Shown here: in pieces, positions 1 to 9,800 of the stretch
Position numbering within the stretch: the first letter of the stretch is position 1
Layout of the letters: every line of letters begins with the position of its first letter
From: Bacteroidia bacterium
GTDB taxonomy: Bacteria > Bacteroidota > Bacteroidia > NS11-12g > UBA955
DNA: 64,000 nt
NCBI GenBank assembly: GCA_044368575.1
Contig: JBIPPH010000002.1
Location: 2,198 to 66,197, forward strand
Direction of reading: 5' to 3'
The notes under the pieces: model-generated
Seen by the model: only the letters and a program-made list of their open reading frames with translations
What the model was told of the DNA's origin: nothing
The model's database searches: none
Position numbers and translations under genes: made by a program

Positions 1-23
1 GATGACTATGAGTTTCTTCATGT

Positions 24-1730
24 TTATGCTTTAAGTGCTTGTAATTCTTTCCAAACAAATCCGAATAATTCCCCAACATAAGCCTCAGAGAAATCAAATT
101 TCATATTAGCGGCTTCATAGAGTTCAGGAATGGTTTTGGTATAGCCTAATGCCAACATGTCTTTGTAAGCTTGTATACCTTTGGCCTTATCTGCCAATAC
201 ATTGCGCCATACCGCTATAGCCCCCAATTGAGCAAAGCCATATTCGATATAGTAAAATGGCACCTCGTACAAGTGCAATTGTTTTTGCCAAGCATTGGCT
301 AAATAATGTTCATATCCTGAGTAGTCGCAGACACCTGTGTCAAAACGTTTGGTAATGCTTAACCAGGCCTCTGTGCGTTCTTGTTGATTGTGTTTAGGAT
401 GAGTATACAACCAGTGTTGATAGGCATCGATGGTGGCAATCCATGGAAGCGTTGCTATAACGCCTTCTAACTGTTCAATTTTAGCGCGCTTTAAATCATT
501 GGCATCATCAAAAAAAGCATCCCAGGCTTGCATACTCATCAATTCCATTGACATACTTGCCACCTCTGCCACTTCCATAGGGGCATTTTTAAAGGCATTC
601 AAGCTCAAATGTTCACTTAAAAAAGAGTGCATGGCATGACCACCCTCGTGGACCATCGTTTCAACATCTCTGAGACTTCCAGCGGCATTCATAAAAATAA
701 ATGGAATGCCAGATTCCGCTAACGGATAATTATAACCACCTGGCGCCTTGCCTAAACGGCTTTCCAAATCTAAAAATCCTTTTTGTCCCATTAATGTCAA
801 ATTCTCTGCAAATCCATGGTCTAACTGATCAAAACATTGGATGGTTTTTTCCAACAATTCTTTACCTGTTGTAAAGGGTTTTAGCGGCTCTCTTTGTTGC
901 GCATCAACTGATAAATCATACGGCTTTAACACCTCATAGCCCAATGTTTTTAAACGCTCGGTTTCTAATTGCTTGCAAAGCGGCACAACCACCTTTTCAA
1001 TGGCATTGTGAAAACTAAAACAATCTTCAATTGAATAGTCAAAACGGCCCATAGCCTGGTGCATGTAGTCCCTGAAATTATCAAACCCTGCATTGAGGGC
1101 TACTTTGTGCCTTAAGGCTATTAATTGATCAAACAATAGATTCAATTCTTCGCGTTTATCATACCTACAGGCTTGAATGGTTTCATAAGCAGATTGACGA
1201 ATGGTTCTATCAGTTGACTTTAAAAAATTAGCCGCTTGTTGTAAGGTTAAAGTTTCGCCATTAAACACCACGGACATTGCGCCTGTAATACTGCCATATT
1301 TTTGAGACAAGGTTTGAAGTTCCGCTTGCAAAGGCACGTTTTCTTCTCGGTACAATGCAATGGCATTTTGAATCGCTCTAAAATAAATGCGGTAATCTGC
1401 ACTTTGATTCAAGTCTTTCAAAAACGGACATTGGTTAATTTTCTTATTGAGTAAATCCTCGTATGGCGCAATATTCGGTTGAATGAGGTTTACAAAATCC
1501 ACATAAGCTTGCTCCAATTCAGGGTTGCTGGTATCGCAAGTCATCTTGATATAGCGCCATGCTAAATCTTCACTCACCATGCTCTCCAGTTCACTCAGCT
1601 GCTTTAAAAATTGCTCGAAATCTGCAGTAGTTTGAATATTAAAATCAAGCAGTGCCTTGTAATATGGCTCTAATGATGCCCAATCGCTGATACGAAAATC
1701 AAGCGGTAAGTATTGTCTGTTTTTGCTCAT
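24..1730 (-). CDS. pepF: M3-family oligoendopeptidase F-like zinc metallopeptidase
   Basis: 568-aa ORF with an HExxH zinc site (VHEGGHAMH). Length and layout are typical of M3B PepF. Confidence 0.8.
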   Translation of the reverse strand: MSKNRQYLPLDFRISDWASLEPYYKALLDFNIQTTADFEQFLKQLSELESMVSEDLAWRYIKMTCDTSNPELEQAYVDFVNLIQPNIAPYEDLLNKKINQCPFLKDLNQSADYRIYFRAIQNAIALYREENVPLQAELQTLSQKYGSITGAMSVVFNGETLTLQQAANFLKSTDRTIRQSAYETIQACRYDKREELNLLFDQLIALRHKVALNAGFDNFRDYMHQAMGRFDYSIEDCFSFHNAIEKVVVPLCKQLETERLKTLGYEVLKPYDLSVDAQQREPLKPFTTGKELLEKTIQCFDQLDHGFAENLTLMGQKGFLDLESRLGKAPGGYNYPLAESGIPFIFMNAAGSLRDVETMVHEGGHAMHSFLSEHLSLNAFKNAPMEVAEVASMSMELMSMQAWDAFFDDANDLKRAKIEQLEGVIATLPWIATIDAYQHWLYTHPKHNQQERTEAWLSITKRFDTGVCDYSGYEHYLANAWQKQLHLYEVPFYYIEYGFAQLGAIAVWRNVLADKAKGIQAYKDMLALGYTKTIPELYEAANMKFDFSEAYVGELFGFVWKELQALKA

Positions 1731-1824
1731 GCTTATAAATCGGAATGAAGGGAATTTCCCTATCCAAACTTACTGCATTCACACAAGGCATAAAAGCCTT
1801 TGTATACACAGGCTGTCTAATAAA

Positions 1825-2490
1825 TTAGTTAGTCATTGATTCTATCAATAATAAGTCGCCTGAACTGAATTGCACTTCCACTATTCCAGTGCTAGCCACT
1901 TTGTTTGAACTGCTGGTAGAATATGGGTATTCAAGCGTGGCATCGGTCAATGACCACACCAAATTTGTACTGCTTAAACCTTGTACTTTATTCAAGGGAA
2001 TTAATGAAATGTTTTGACCTTGTTCGAAGTGTTTTTTAAAGCCACTTTTGATCGGATAAATTTTAGAATAATCATCCAACATGACCACATTGATTTGATG
2101 TTGGTAGCGTGCTAAAATACCAATATTATTGAGGTAATGATCGCTGCGATGACCAGTAGCCCAAACAATGTTAACGGCTTTAAAACCTTTCGCTATTAGC
2201 CATTCTATACCCTTTTCTAAATCAGATAAATTTTGATCAGGGGTATGAATGATTTGTGTATCCGGATTGGATTTATTGCGAATGTCTTCTATGGTCTGAT
2301 GATCGAAATCGCCCAAAACCACATGGAACTGTATGCCCAACTCAATCACTCGGTCTAAAGCGCCATCGAGTACCATAACCATAGGACTCCAATCCATTGC
2401 TTGTTGAAGCAATGACCACGAACAAGCTTCACCATTGGCAATAATCAATGCAGGTTCTTGAGCATCTCTTACAACGTGGTGAGAAGACAT
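1825..2490 (-). CDS. thiamine diphosphokinase (thiamine pyrophosphokinase)
   Basis: 221 aa with an LGDFDH catalytic-type motif and a C-terminal beta-rich thiamine-binding-like half. Its start lies 1 nt downstream of the upstream gene's stop. Confidence 0.75.
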   Translation of the reverse strand: MSSHHVVRDAQEPALIIANGEACSWSLLQQAMDWSPMVMVLDGALDRVIELGIQFHVVLGDFDHQTIEDIRNKSNPDTQIIHTPDQNLSDLEKGIEWLIAKGFKAVNIVWATGHRSDHYLNNIGILARYQHQINVVMLDDYSKIYPIKSGFKKHFEQGQNISLIPLNKVQGLSSTNLVWSLTDATLEYPYSTSSSNKVASTGIVEVQFSSGDLLLIESMTN

Positions 2491-2491
2491 C

Positions 2492-4882
2492 TTAACGGCT
2501 AACGGTAAAGGATTTTACAATGTTTCCAGAAGCGCAATTGATTTGCAAAATATAAGTGGCATTTGGCATGCCAGTTACATCAAACTGAAAGGACTGTGCA
2601 TCGAAGTCAGATTCAAACATAACTTGACCTTGCAGATTCAATACTCGATAGCGGCCTTTTTGGAATCCCTCTGCTAATTGTACTGTTAACTGCTCTGAAG
2701 CAGGCACAGGATAGACATTGGCCCAATCGATTTGAACAGTCTCTATACTACTTACAGCAGCGTTATTAATTTGACCCTTGAAAACCCCTCTACCATGGGT
2801 AAAAAAGTAAATGTCTTTTTGGTTTTTATGGATCTGAATACAACTCACAACAGTTGAGGGAATGCGTGTATCTTTCACCCATGTTTTACCGCCATCTTCA
2901 GTGATGTACAAACCGTAATCTGTACCAGCAAATAAGGTCAATGCAGGACTTAATGGATCACATTCTATCCAGTTAACTGGTAAACCCTTTGGCAAATTAC
3001 CAGAGATATTTTTAAACACCGGCGTACCAAATACATTTGACACCAAATACACACGACCTGAATCTGAGATGTTATTTAGGGCTATGTAGATTTGATTTCT
3101 GACCCCTGGCATTGGCTTTATAGCACCTATAAAAGACGATCTCAATATTGGTGGCATAGATAATCTTAAATCTTTAGCTGTAGAATTGGCATTCAATGCA
3201 GAATCACAAACCAATAAAGCGCCACTACTACCCCCTGAAAAAATAGCAGGATTGGCATCATTAGTGGTAGCTGCACAGAATAATCTACCGGTTGATACTT
3301 TGCCTTTTTGCACAAAATTGTAGCCGCCATCAACACTAAAATACATAAAGGTATTTGATGGAAAGACTAAATGATCGCCATTAAAGAAACTCACATAATA
3401 GGGGTGAATAAACCACTTGGTATCATTGGTCGGCAAATTACTAGTGATTGGTTGAAATGCTCTATAAACTTCACCATTCTGAGTAGATACATACTTTACA
3501 CTTGAATTGTTAGCATGATAAAAACAGTAACCCCCATCGCCTCCAAATATTGAACCAAACACTTTGTTTTTATTTGAGCTTTCTCTTGTACCATTGTCTT
3601 GAGAACCAGCCATAATTGCTACACTGTGTGGCGATACAGCGCCATTGTAAAACTGAGTAATGTTTATGTTATTGTTCAATACCGTTGGAGCATTAGGATT
3701 AGACCAATTGTATACCGCCAAACCACCGTCACTACCTAAATACAACTTTTCACCTGAGAAGACAGAAATATGATTGTCCGCATGAATTTCTGAACCGGCT
3801 GTCCATGTATTGCCTCCGTTTTTAGAATAGCCAACATCCAAACTACCAATAAACAATGAATTTGAGTCATTGTCCTTAACACACATATTTAAGGCATACC
3901 AAGTAAACCCAAAATTAACCGTTCCAGTTGGATTGGTTTTTGTTACAAAAGTTTTACCGCCATCACTTGATTTATAAAAAGCTTTAAGTACGCCTGAATA
4001 CCCATTGTCAGGACCAGAAATGGCACAATAAACAACGTTCGGGTAGTTCTTGCAATAAGACAATTCTGCCCTTGCAGAACTGACTGAATTAATTGTGGCA
4101 ACCTTAGTAAAGGAACCTAAGTTACCGGTACTTGAGTAATAAGCCCCTGAGCCTTTTAAAGTAAACATCACTGAACCATTTGGAAACAATTCAACATCAT
4201 TAACTTGACTACCTGAATTGTAAACACGGGTAAATGTAGCACCAGCATCTGTACTGCGCCATAAGCCTGTGCTGTGTGTTCCAACATACAAAGTATTGGT
4301 ATCAACTGGCGAACATTTCACAGTCCAAGTCATTGAAAAATTATTGTTATTAGTAGAAGCTAACTGTGAAAACGTTAGACCACCATCAGTAGATTTGAAT
4401 ACACCTGCGCCAATTAAATCTGCACTGTTACCAGAAGCTTCTCCGGTACAATAGTATATGATTTTTGGATTAAAGGGATTTTGGTGCATATACATTACAC
4501 TTGGAGACAAGGCTTGATCATTGATTGGTCGCCATGAAATACCTGCGTCTTCAGTCAGGAAAACACCCCCACTTGCACTTCCAATTAATATGCGATTGGT
4601 ATTGGAGTAATCTATTACAATCCCTCTGATTCTACCAGCCACATTGCTAGGACCATATTCATATACATTTTTTAGTGCAGCAGACATGCCGCGTTTATTT
4701 GAAGAAAACCCCCAATCGTATTTAGTCATGTCAGGCAATACATTACTTCCATTGGTTTTAATGTATAACCACTGACCGTAGTAGCCTGGTAAGGTTTGAT
4801 TAGACTTCGGAGAACGCTTTATAACATTGCATGAAAATAAAATCAATACAGAAGCAAGCAAAGTGTAACGCAGATGTTTCAT
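2492..4882 (-). CDS. secreted BNR/sortilin-type repeat protein with T9SS type A C-terminal sorting domain
   Basis: Repeated SxDxGxTW/F motifs (TEDAGISW, STDGGLTF, SSDGGKTF, TEDGGKTW). Start trimmed to the ATG at 4882 (MKHLRYTLLASVLILFSC signal), because the ORF-track extension to 5041 overlaps msrA. The C-terminal ~80 aa resemble a Por secretion tail. Confidence 0.7.
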   Translation of the reverse strand: MKHLRYTLLASVLILFSCNVIKRSPKSNQTLPGYYGQWLYIKTNGSNVLPDMTKYDWGFSSNKRGMSAALKNVYEYGPSNVAGRIRGIVIDYSNTNRILIGSASGGVFLTEDAGISWRPINDQALSPSVMYMHQNPFNPKIIYYCTGEASGNSADLIGAGVFKSTDGGLTFSQLASTNNNNFSMTWTVKCSPVDTNTLYVGTHSTGLWRSTDAGATFTRVYNSGSQVNDVELFPNGSVMFTLKGSGAYYSSTGNLGSFTKVATINSVSSARAELSYCKNYPNVVYCAISGPDNGYSGVLKAFYKSSDGGKTFVTKTNPTGTVNFGFTWYALNMCVKDNDSNSLFIGSLDVGYSKNGGNTWTAGSEIHADNHISVFSGEKLYLGSDGGLAVYNWSNPNAPTVLNNNINITQFYNGAVSPHSVAIMAGSQDNGTRESSNKNKVFGSIFGGDGGYCFYHANNSSVKYVSTQNGEVYRAFQPITSNLPTNDTKWFIHPYYVSFFNGDHLVFPSNTFMYFSVDGGYNFVQKGKVSTGRLFCAATTNDANPAIFSGGSSGALLVCDSALNANSTAKDLRLSMPPILRSSFIGAIKPMPGVRNQIYIALNNISDSGRVYLVSNVFGTPVFKNISGNLPKGLPVNWIECDPLSPALTLFAGTDYGLYITEDGGKTWVKDTRIPSTVVSCIQIHKNQKDIYFFTHGRGVFKGQINNAAVSSIETVQIDWANVYPVPASEQLTVQLAEGFQKGRYRVLNLQGQVMFESDFDAQSFQFDVTGMPNATYILQINCASGNIVKSFTVSR

Positions 4883-4927
4883 ATATACAAAAATAATAAA
4901 TGCGCCTCGTATTTCATTCACATGAAT

Positions 4928-4935
4928 TAACTTTG
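4928..4935 (+). promoter_or_regulatory. candidate -7 promoter box TAACTTTG (Bacteroidetes TAnnTTTG consensus)
   Basis: Exact match to TAnnTTTG. It ends 5 nt before the msrA ATG. Confidence 0.45.
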
Positions 4936-4940
4936 CCCTT

Positions 4941-5498
4941 ATGAATGAACAAGCTAAATTGGAAATAGCCACCTTTGCTTCGGGATGTTTTTGGTGCACT
5001 GAAGCTGTATTCCAACGTTTAATAGGCGTTGAGAAGGTCATAAGTGGTTATATTGGTGGTCAAACTATCAATCCGAGCTATGATGATATATGTAAAGGCA
5101 ATACAGGTCATGCAGAAGCTGTTCAAATTACTTTTGATTCTAATCAAATTGATTATACTACCCTTTTAAAAGTATTTTTCACAACGCATAATCCATGTAC
5201 CTTGAACCGACAAGGCGCAGATATTGGCACGCAGTACCGTTCTGCTATCTTTTACCATAATGAAGCACAAGCAAAAGCTGCTCAAACCATGATCAATACG
5301 TTAACAGCTGAAGGGCTATTTGATGCACCAATAGTGACTGAAGTAACTGAAGCTACAACCTTCTATTCAGCGGAAAACTACCATCAAAATTATTACAATG
5401 ACAACCGCAGCAAAAACAGTTACTGCATGGTTGTGATTGATCCGAAAATGAATACTTTAAGAAAACAATTTGCGCACTTACTCAAGTCAATCGCTTAA
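4941..5498 (+). CDS. msrA: peptide-methionine (S)-S-oxide reductase
   Basis: GCFWC active-site motif near the N-terminus; 185 aa, typical MsrA length. Confidence 0.9.
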   Translation: MNEQAKLEIATFASGCFWCTEAVFQRLIGVEKVISGYIGGQTINPSYDDICKGNTGHAEAVQITFDSNQIDYTTLLKVFFTTHNPCTLNRQGADIGTQYRSAIFYHNEAQAKAAQTMINTLTAEGLFDAPIVTEVTEATTFYSAENYHQNYYNDNRSKNSYCMVVIDPKMNTLRKQFAHLLKSIA

Positions 5499-6793
5499 CG
5501 ACGGGCTTTCATATTGTTCATGTTTTTCATCATTTTCTTCATGTCGTTGAACTGAGTCAACAACTTATTTAAATCTTGAATACTTCTACCACTGCCTTTG
5601 GCTATTCTGGTTTTTCTAGAAGCATTTAACAAGTCTGGATCTTGACGCTCAGCAGGAGTCATTGATTGGATCAACGATTCAATGCCTTTAAAAGCGCCTT
5701 CGTCTATGTCTAAGTCTTTAATTTTATTGCCAACTCCAGGAATCATGGCCATCAAATCTTTGATGTTACCCATTTTCTTGATCTGTTGTAGCTGTTGAAT
5801 AAAATCCTCAAAATCAAAATTGTTTTTGCTGATCTTTTTATTCAATCTTTTAGCTTCTTCCACATCATAAACGGATTGAGCTCTTTCAACCAAACTCACC
5901 ACGTCACCCATGCCCAAAATTCTACTGGCCATACGATCAGGGTAGAATAGATCTAAGGCTTCTAATTTTTCGCCATTACTAACAAACTTAATGGGTTTAT
6001 TGACTACAGATTTGATAGACAAGGCTGCACCACCTCTGGTATCGCCATCCATCTTACTTAATACAACACCATCAAAATCTAAGCGGTCATTGAAATTTTT
6101 AGCTGTATTGACAGCATCTTGACCAGTCATAGCGTCCACCACAAACAAGATTTCACTAGGTTTAATGGTTTGCTTGATGTTGTATATCTCTTGCATCATT
6201 TGCTCGTCAATACTTAAACGACCAGCGGTGTCAATGATCACAACATTGTTATTGTGCTCTTTAGCATATTTCAATGCATTTTGAGCAATTTCAATTGGGT
6301 TTTTATTCTCAGGTTCCGTGTAAACATCTGTTTGAATAGAAGCCCCTAAAACCTTTAACTGTTCGATGGCTGCCGGTCTGTATACATCACAAGCTACCAA
6401 CAAAGGTTGGCGACCTTTAGAGCGAATATATTTAGCCAACTTTCCTGAGAAAGTGGTTTTACCAGAACCTTGCAAACCGGCAATCATAATGATGGCAGGG
6501 CTACCGTTAATTACGATGTCTTTTTGCTCACCGCCTAAGAGCTGAACCAATTCATCGTTTACAATTTTGGTAAACAATTGACCTGGAGACACACTAGTCA
6601 AAACATTTTGACCCAGGGCTTTGGTCTTCACCAAATCAGTAAATTCTTTGGCGATTTTGAAGTGCACGTCTGCATCAACCAATGCTCTTCTGATTTCTTT
6701 GGTGGTTTCCGCCACGTTGATTTCAGATATTCTTCCTTGGCCTTTTAAATTTTTAATGGCCTTTTCAATCTTTAAACTTAAATTCTCAAACAT
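5495..6793 (-). CDS. ffh: signal recognition particle protein Ffh
   Basis: NG domain with GLQGSGKTT P-loop and DTAGR. Met-rich C-terminal M domain (MKKMMKNMNNMK). Confidence 0.95.
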   Translation of the reverse strand: MFENLSLKIEKAIKNLKGQGRISEINVAETTKEIRRALVDADVHFKIAKEFTDLVKTKALGQNVLTSVSPGQLFTKIVNDELVQLLGGEQKDIVINGSPAIIMIAGLQGSGKTTFSGKLAKYIRSKGRQPLLVACDVYRPAAIEQLKVLGASIQTDVYTEPENKNPIEIAQNALKYAKEHNNNVVIIDTAGRLSIDEQMMQEIYNIKQTIKPSEILFVVDAMTGQDAVNTAKNFNDRLDFDGVVLSKMDGDTRGGAALSIKSVVNKPIKFVSNGEKLEALDLFYPDRMASRILGMGDVVSLVERAQSVYDVEEAKRLNKKISKNNFDFEDFIQQLQQIKKMGNIKDLMAMIPGVGNKIKDLDIDEGAFKGIESLIQSMTPAERQDPDLLNASRKTRIAKGSGRSIQDLNKLLTQFNDMKKMMKNMNNMKARR

Positions 6794-6819
6794 GCTTGTA
6801 TCGTGTTTTAAAAGCTTTG

Positions 6820-6827
6820 CAAAAGTA
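6820..6827 (-). promoter_or_regulatory. candidate -7 promoter box TACTTTTG upstream of ffh
   Basis: The reverse complement of 6820-6827 is TACTTTTG, which matches TAnnTTTG. It lies 26 nt upstream of the ffh ATG. Confidence 0.45.
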
Positions 6828-6841
6828 AGCTAAAAAACCCT

Positions 6842-9800
6842 TTATCTCAAAAGGGAAAAGACCCCGTGAATATCAAAAGTTGTAACCCCATCGAGTGCTA
6901 AGGCCTGAATGCGGTATACATAGTGGCCATCAGGGCACAATTGACCCTTGTAATACCCATCCCAGCCTATGCCTAAATCATCAGAGGCAAATACTTGTTC
7001 GCCCCAACGGTTGAAGATGGTCAAATGATAAGACTTTACAGGATGACCCGGTTGGTTAAATATAAAAATGGCTTTAGGTAAAAAGACCTCGTTGTGGCCA
7101 TCTTTGTTAGGTGTGAAAACATTGGGAACAGTGATTTTAGCATTGGCTAAAACACAAAAACAATTGGATACGCTTTCTAGATAGGTACTACTGTCTTTAA
7201 TGGCTTTCACCAAAAAACAAACTGAATCTTCAAGGTTCTCTTTTGAAAAATCATAGGTCAAGGTGTTTTGATTTTTGGGCAGATAAGCGATGGTTTTAAA
7301 ACTATCTGTTCTGCGCACCTGAACCTCGTATTGCTTAACCCCTGAATACCATTTTAAGTATTGGTTCCAATTTAACTGAGCGGTGTATTCTTGAGCTTTC
7401 CCTTTTAATAAAATCGTATTGTGGGGCAAGGCACTGGGCGACTCTGCACCACAATGATCCACCGCTCTAACACTGTATTGATAGCTGTTGTTTTTAGTGT
7501 CTACAGATTTGACGTCAATGAATCCTTGGCTATCCACTTGGGCATAATACGAATTGGTACTGCCACTAGGATAGGTTTTACTTACAACATAATGATTCAC
7601 TTGTTTGACTGTTTTGTATGGCAGCCACTGGGTATAGGTACTGCCATTAGGCAACACAGTGGTCCTGAGTAATTCAACCAACTTAGAGGGCGCAGTATAG
7701 GCAGGTGATTTACACACTTGATTACTATTAGAGGTAAAGCGGCCATTGCGTTGAACGGCTTGCACATAGTAGCAATAGCTATTAGGACAAAGCAAATCAT
7801 TTTTATATTGAGTGCTGTTACCCGAAACAGAATCAATCAATTGAAAGCTGGAAGCATTCACGCTTCTGTATATGCGATACCTCGCCACATTATTGAGGCC
7901 CCAACCATCGTATGGCAGCCAATTTAATTCCAATAAATTACTTGAATCGTTATTGATGTTTAATAAGATGGTACAATGCGGATAAGCTGGGCTGCCTAAT
8001 TTGTTACAGACATCTTTTGTTTTCATAACGTAACAATAACGCGAAGCATTAACATTGATACCAGTTGATTTTAACAAAGTGGTTTGTGTATCATTTCTCA
8101 ACTGACTACTGTAGACTAAACCATATTGCCCTGAATTATCGCGCATGAGCTGATAAGCCTTAAAATAACGCATTTGATTTTGGGCCCATTGAACTCTAAT
8201 GTTGTTATTGTTGTCTACACTTACATAATGAATAGGCTTTGATGGAATGCCAGCAGTATCATGCACATGCACTAGGTGTTGAGCGGTATCGCTGCAATTG
8301 TTTTGGTCAAAAGCCAATAAAGTGACTACACTGTTTAAGGATTGGGTAAAGGTATACTTTGGATTGGACTGAGTTGAGGTATCTGTATAGCTATAATTTT
8401 GACCAAAGTCCCAAAGCCATTTTTTAACCGTTGATAAGCCTTTGGATTGGGCAAAAAATTGCAAAGTGGTTTGATAGCAAATACTATCTCCTGTTTGGGT
8501 AAAATCGATTAAGGGGTGTTCATAAGAACGGATCTTAACAGATTGTTTAAGGGTATCTGTACAGGCATTGCTGGCAGTGGTTATCAGCATTGGCGCAAAG
8601 CTTCCGGCAGCATAAGTATGTTTGTTTGAAAACCCTACATAGTCAATGGTTTGATCGCCTTCGTAATCCCATTCACTCTTGACCGCACCAACACTGTTAT
8701 TTCTAAATGTCACTTGCAAATTTGAGCAACCAGTATCGTTGTTAACGGTAAATTTGGATTGAGGACCTCTAAAAACTTGTATGGTATCGCCAATGAACTG
8801 AGCAAAACAGCCCGTAGAATCCAATATAGAAAGAACAGGCACATAGGTCACTTTGGGCAAGGCTCTGTCATACACTTTATAGGCATGTTGCTTGAGGTTG
8901 ACAGAGTCTAAAACAGAACCATCACCATATTCCATAAAGAACTTTTTATAATACAAACTTTGATTATTGAAGCGCACTTGCAAAGGTTCACAACCTTGTT
9001 TGATGCTGACATCAAATTTTGGAATAGGACCCATGATGCGCAAATAGTTCTTTTTAAGCACTGTATCATTACACCCATAAGCCTGCACCACCAAACGCAC
9101 ATCGTACCCTATAGGGCCAGTATTTTTGGTCATTAAATAGGCAAAGTTGCTGAGGTTATCTGCTAGAGTATCTTTTTGATTGATCAACCATTTGTATTGC
9201 AAAATGGCAGGATGCTTAATAGCTGAAATGCGCGCAATAACAGGGGCGCAATAGCTTAAGGTATCAGGGCTATTGAATTGGGCTGAAATCTGATTCACAT
9301 ACAAGGTTTGAAATACCGTATCGGTACAAGCGCCATTGCCAAAAGCAATCAATCCCACTTTGAATACCCCAGGACGTTTAAAAACAATCTTGGCTTGTTG
9401 AGCAGTATCATTGGGCAGAAATTGTGCCACTGAAATGGAATCTTTTAAAAACCATTTATAGGCAATCGCTGCTTTATCGGAACGATTGACAAGGGCCAAA
9501 GCTTTATTGACACAGGCATAATTACCAGGTTGAAAATCCGCATACACTCCTGCAATCACTCTTGGCAAACCAATTGAATCTTTGCAAGTAGATGCATGCG
9601 CATACACAACACTAAAATCAAATGCGCCAGATTTTTTAAAGCGATAGGTACTTGGGTTGAGTGTTGGATTTCTGTTGACTACCCAATTGGTATCGTATGG
9701 ATTTTTATAGAGGTAATTGACGCCCAATCCATTGTTGTTTTTGAAGTTGTAATTAAACGTCAAACGAGCTGAAGCTTGACTGCTAAATGGATTGCAACCT

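Noticed and set aside
4883-5041. The ORF-track N-terminal extension of the BNR/T9SS protein (start at 5041) overlaps the first 100 nt of msrA on the opposite strand.
   Set aside because: The internal ATG at 4882 gives a canonical signal peptide (MKHLRYTLLASVLILFSC). The extension has no signal-like features and covers the msrA promoter box and start.
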